This document shows positions 26,072 through 27,759 of a stretch of DNA of 27,759 nucleotides, piece by piece. The stretch covers positions 1-27,759 of the forward strand of contig JBMFNT010000008.1 in assembly GCA_049970015.1 (NCBI GenBank), given 5' to 3'. The notes under the pieces were generated by a model, which saw only the letters and a list, made by a program, of their open reading frames with translations, had not been told where the DNA came from and searched no databases. Made by a program: the position numbers and the translations under genes. Source of the stretch: Candidatus Micrarchaeia archaeon. Its GTDB lineage: Archaea; Micrarchaeota; Micrarchaeia; CAILAH01. Numbering within the stretch: the stretch's first letter is position 1; each line of letters opens with the position of its first letter.

Positions 26072-26114
26072 GATATTCTTACGAGTGCTTAATTTAAAAA
26101 GCTCAAAGTTAAAA

Positions 26115-26996
26115 TTACATTCCACGTAACCTTTTTATTCTGTCATCTATGTTAGGATGGCTGGAGAATAGGTCTCCTATAGATTTGAGGGGGTCTGCAA
26201 TGTATAGTGAAGCAATGGTTTTGCTGGCATTCTTCATCTTGTAAGGATAATCCTTTATCTTTTCAAGAGCGCTGGCCAACCCCTCCGGGTATCTTGTCAG
26301 TTTTGCCGCGTTTGCATCTGCAAGATACTCGCGCTGGCGTGATATTGCCATCTTTACAAAAAATGCTGCAATCGGTGCCAATATCATAAACAGAATCCCT
26401 AGAAGCACGAGAAGATTATTCCTTTCTTTTCGTTCACCACTTATTCCGCCCCACAAGAACGTTCTCAGGAAAATCTCAGAGATTATACCTATTGCACCCA
26501 CAAGCACAACTGCGAGCATCATAAACCTTATATCGTAATTTGCGATGTGTGATATTTCATGTGCTATTACTCCAGCGAGTTCATCACGGTTCATGGTTTT
26601 TACAAGACCTGTTGTGAGTGCAATTGCAGAATGCTGTGGATCCCTTCCGGTTGCGAATGCATTTGGGAATGGGTCTTCAATTATGTAGACTTTAGGTTGA
26701 GGTATGCCCGCAGCCATGGCAAGTCCTTCAACAACATTGTATATATATGGATCATCTTCGTGCCTTAATTCCTTTGCTCCAGCGAGAGCAAGTATTACTC
26801 TATCACCAGCATAATAAGCTCCAAGAACATAAACCATGAGAATGATAAAACCGATAAAATAGCCAAAAAGCCCATAATCAAAAACCTCAGAAACTATCCA
26901 AACCAATCCAAGGAAAATAATAACAATCCCTAACAGAAGAAGAAAAGAGTTTCTCTTGTTTGTATCTATTGCATCAAAAATGTTTACTTTCTCCAT
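26115..26996 (-). CDS. htpX: Zinc metalloprotease HtpX (M48)
   Basis: PNAFATGRDP, AHEISH, SRQREYLADA, GLASALEKI, SSHP...RI. Confidence 0.95.
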   Translation of the reverse strand: MEKVNIFDAIDTNKRNSFLLLLGIVIIFLGLVWIVSEVFDYGLFGYFIGFIILMVYVLGAYYAGDRVILALAGAKELRHEDDPYIYNVVEGLAMAAGIPQPKVYIIEDPFPNAFATGRDPQHSAIALTTGLVKTMNRDELAGVIAHEISHIANYDIRFMMLAVVLVGAIGIISEIFLRTFLWGGISGERKERNNLLVLLGILFMILAPIAAFFVKMAISRQREYLADANAAKLTRYPEGLASALEKIKDYPYKMKNASKTIASLYIADPLKSIGDLFSSHPNIDDRIKRLRGM

Positions 26997-27016
26997 TTTC
27001 GATAATCACCATTCCA

Positions 27017-27595
27017 CTAAAATTTTACTTTGACCGGTTCTTTTTCTGAGGGTGCTGCCTCAAACAACTGCTCATGCTTAAACCCAAAAATTCCAGCAAT
27101 TATGTTGCTTGGAAAAACATCACATGCAGTGTTAAACTCATAAACTGCATCATTATAGGCAGTTCTTATGTACGAGATTTTGTTTTCAGTCCCTGTAAGC
27201 TCATCCTGCAGTTTCTGGAAATTCTCGCTTGCACGAAGCTGTGGATAGTTCTCGGCAACCGCAAACAGTGATTTTAGCGTTGCAGTGAGCATATTATCCG
27301 CCTTTGCCCTCTCCCTTACATCACCGCTTACGAGCTGTGCCCGGAGCCTTGTTATCTCAGTAAGTGTTTCTTTTTCATGTTTCATATATCCCTTAACAGT
27401 CTCAACAAGGTTGGGTATTAAATCATACCTCCTCTTAAGTTGCACATCTATCTGTGCCCAGGCATTCTTCACCCTGTTGCGCAATGTCACAAGCCTGTTG
27501 TAGACTATTACCACATATACCAAAACAAGCAGAATCAGAACACCTATACATACAGCAACAGTTCCTGCACTAAGGCCAATGAGATCAAACATCAT
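27017..27595 (-). CDS. lemA: LemA family protein
   Basis: YNRLVTLRN, AWAQIDVQLKRRYDLIPNLVETVKGY, AENYPQLRA, FPSNIIA; classic lemA-htpX pair. Confidence 0.95.
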   Translation of the reverse strand: MMFDLIGLSAGTVAVCIGVLILLVLVYVVIVYNRLVTLRNRVKNAWAQIDVQLKRRYDLIPNLVETVKGYMKHEKETLTEITRLRAQLVSGDVRERAKADNMLTATLKSLFAVAENYPQLRASENFQKLQDELTGTENKISYIRTAYNDAVYEFNTACDVFPSNIIAGIFGFKHEQLFEAAPSEKEPVKVKF

Positions 27596-27681
27596 ACCAC
27601 CACATTTTATGTTTTGATCATTGCAAATTTAAATCATTATCTATAGGTTTTATATAGGCTATGTAAGCATGAATAAACTGA

Positions 27682-27759
27682 ATTTCAATCCTACATTAGT
27701 CTTGTTCTAACGTTGTCGACGTGGGGCGGGCTGGGTGGCTATAATAAGTTTCAATCCTA
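27682..27759 (-). CRISPR. Edge of a CRISPR array (one 30-bp repeat, 36-bp spacer, truncated second repeat)
   Basis: ATTTCAATCCTACATTAGTCTTGTTCTAAC (27682-27711), spacer 27712-27747, GTTTCAATCCTA (27748-end). Reverse complement reads GTTAGAACAAGACTAATGTAGGATTGAAA(C/T). Confidence 0.75.

Noticed and set aside
27712..27747. GC-rich stretch as the start of a tRNA or structural RNA
   Set aside because: No cloverleaf elements; bounded by CRISPR-like repeats, so better read as a spacer

Overview
Gene-dense archaeal chromosomal segment with about 28 CDS, GGTG/GAGGTG Shine-Dalgarno motifs and short TATA-containing intergenic gaps. Housekeeping genes: translin, beta-carbonic anhydrase, aRF1, stand-alone PriL, Dph5, Nre, DtdA, Hsp20, beta-CASP RNase, RecJ-like DHH nuclease, archaeal SAM synthetase, archaeal ThrRS, YchF/Ygr210 GTPase, HtpX and LemA. 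There are also several uncharacterised surface proteins and a VirB2/TrbC-like pilin. The gene set suggests a DPANN archaeon such as Micrarchaeota (inference only). The most striking unexplained structure is that the largest internal intergenic gaps are filled by tandem duplications of a neighbouring gene's 3' end including its stop codon: nre 114 bp, dtdA 64 bp, an orphan gene 65 bp x3 plus partial copies, a TPR gene 71 bp, and an 11-bp case at the carbonic anhydrase stop. Two of these copies carry an in-frame ATG and encode mini-peptides made of the parent's C-terminal tail: a 36-aa PIP-box peptide and a 16-aa peptide ending in an HbYX-like LFR. The last 78 bp look like the edge of a CRISPR array (30-bp repeat, 36-bp spacer, truncated second repeat). 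No cas genes, tRNA/rRNA, integrase or transposase were seen.
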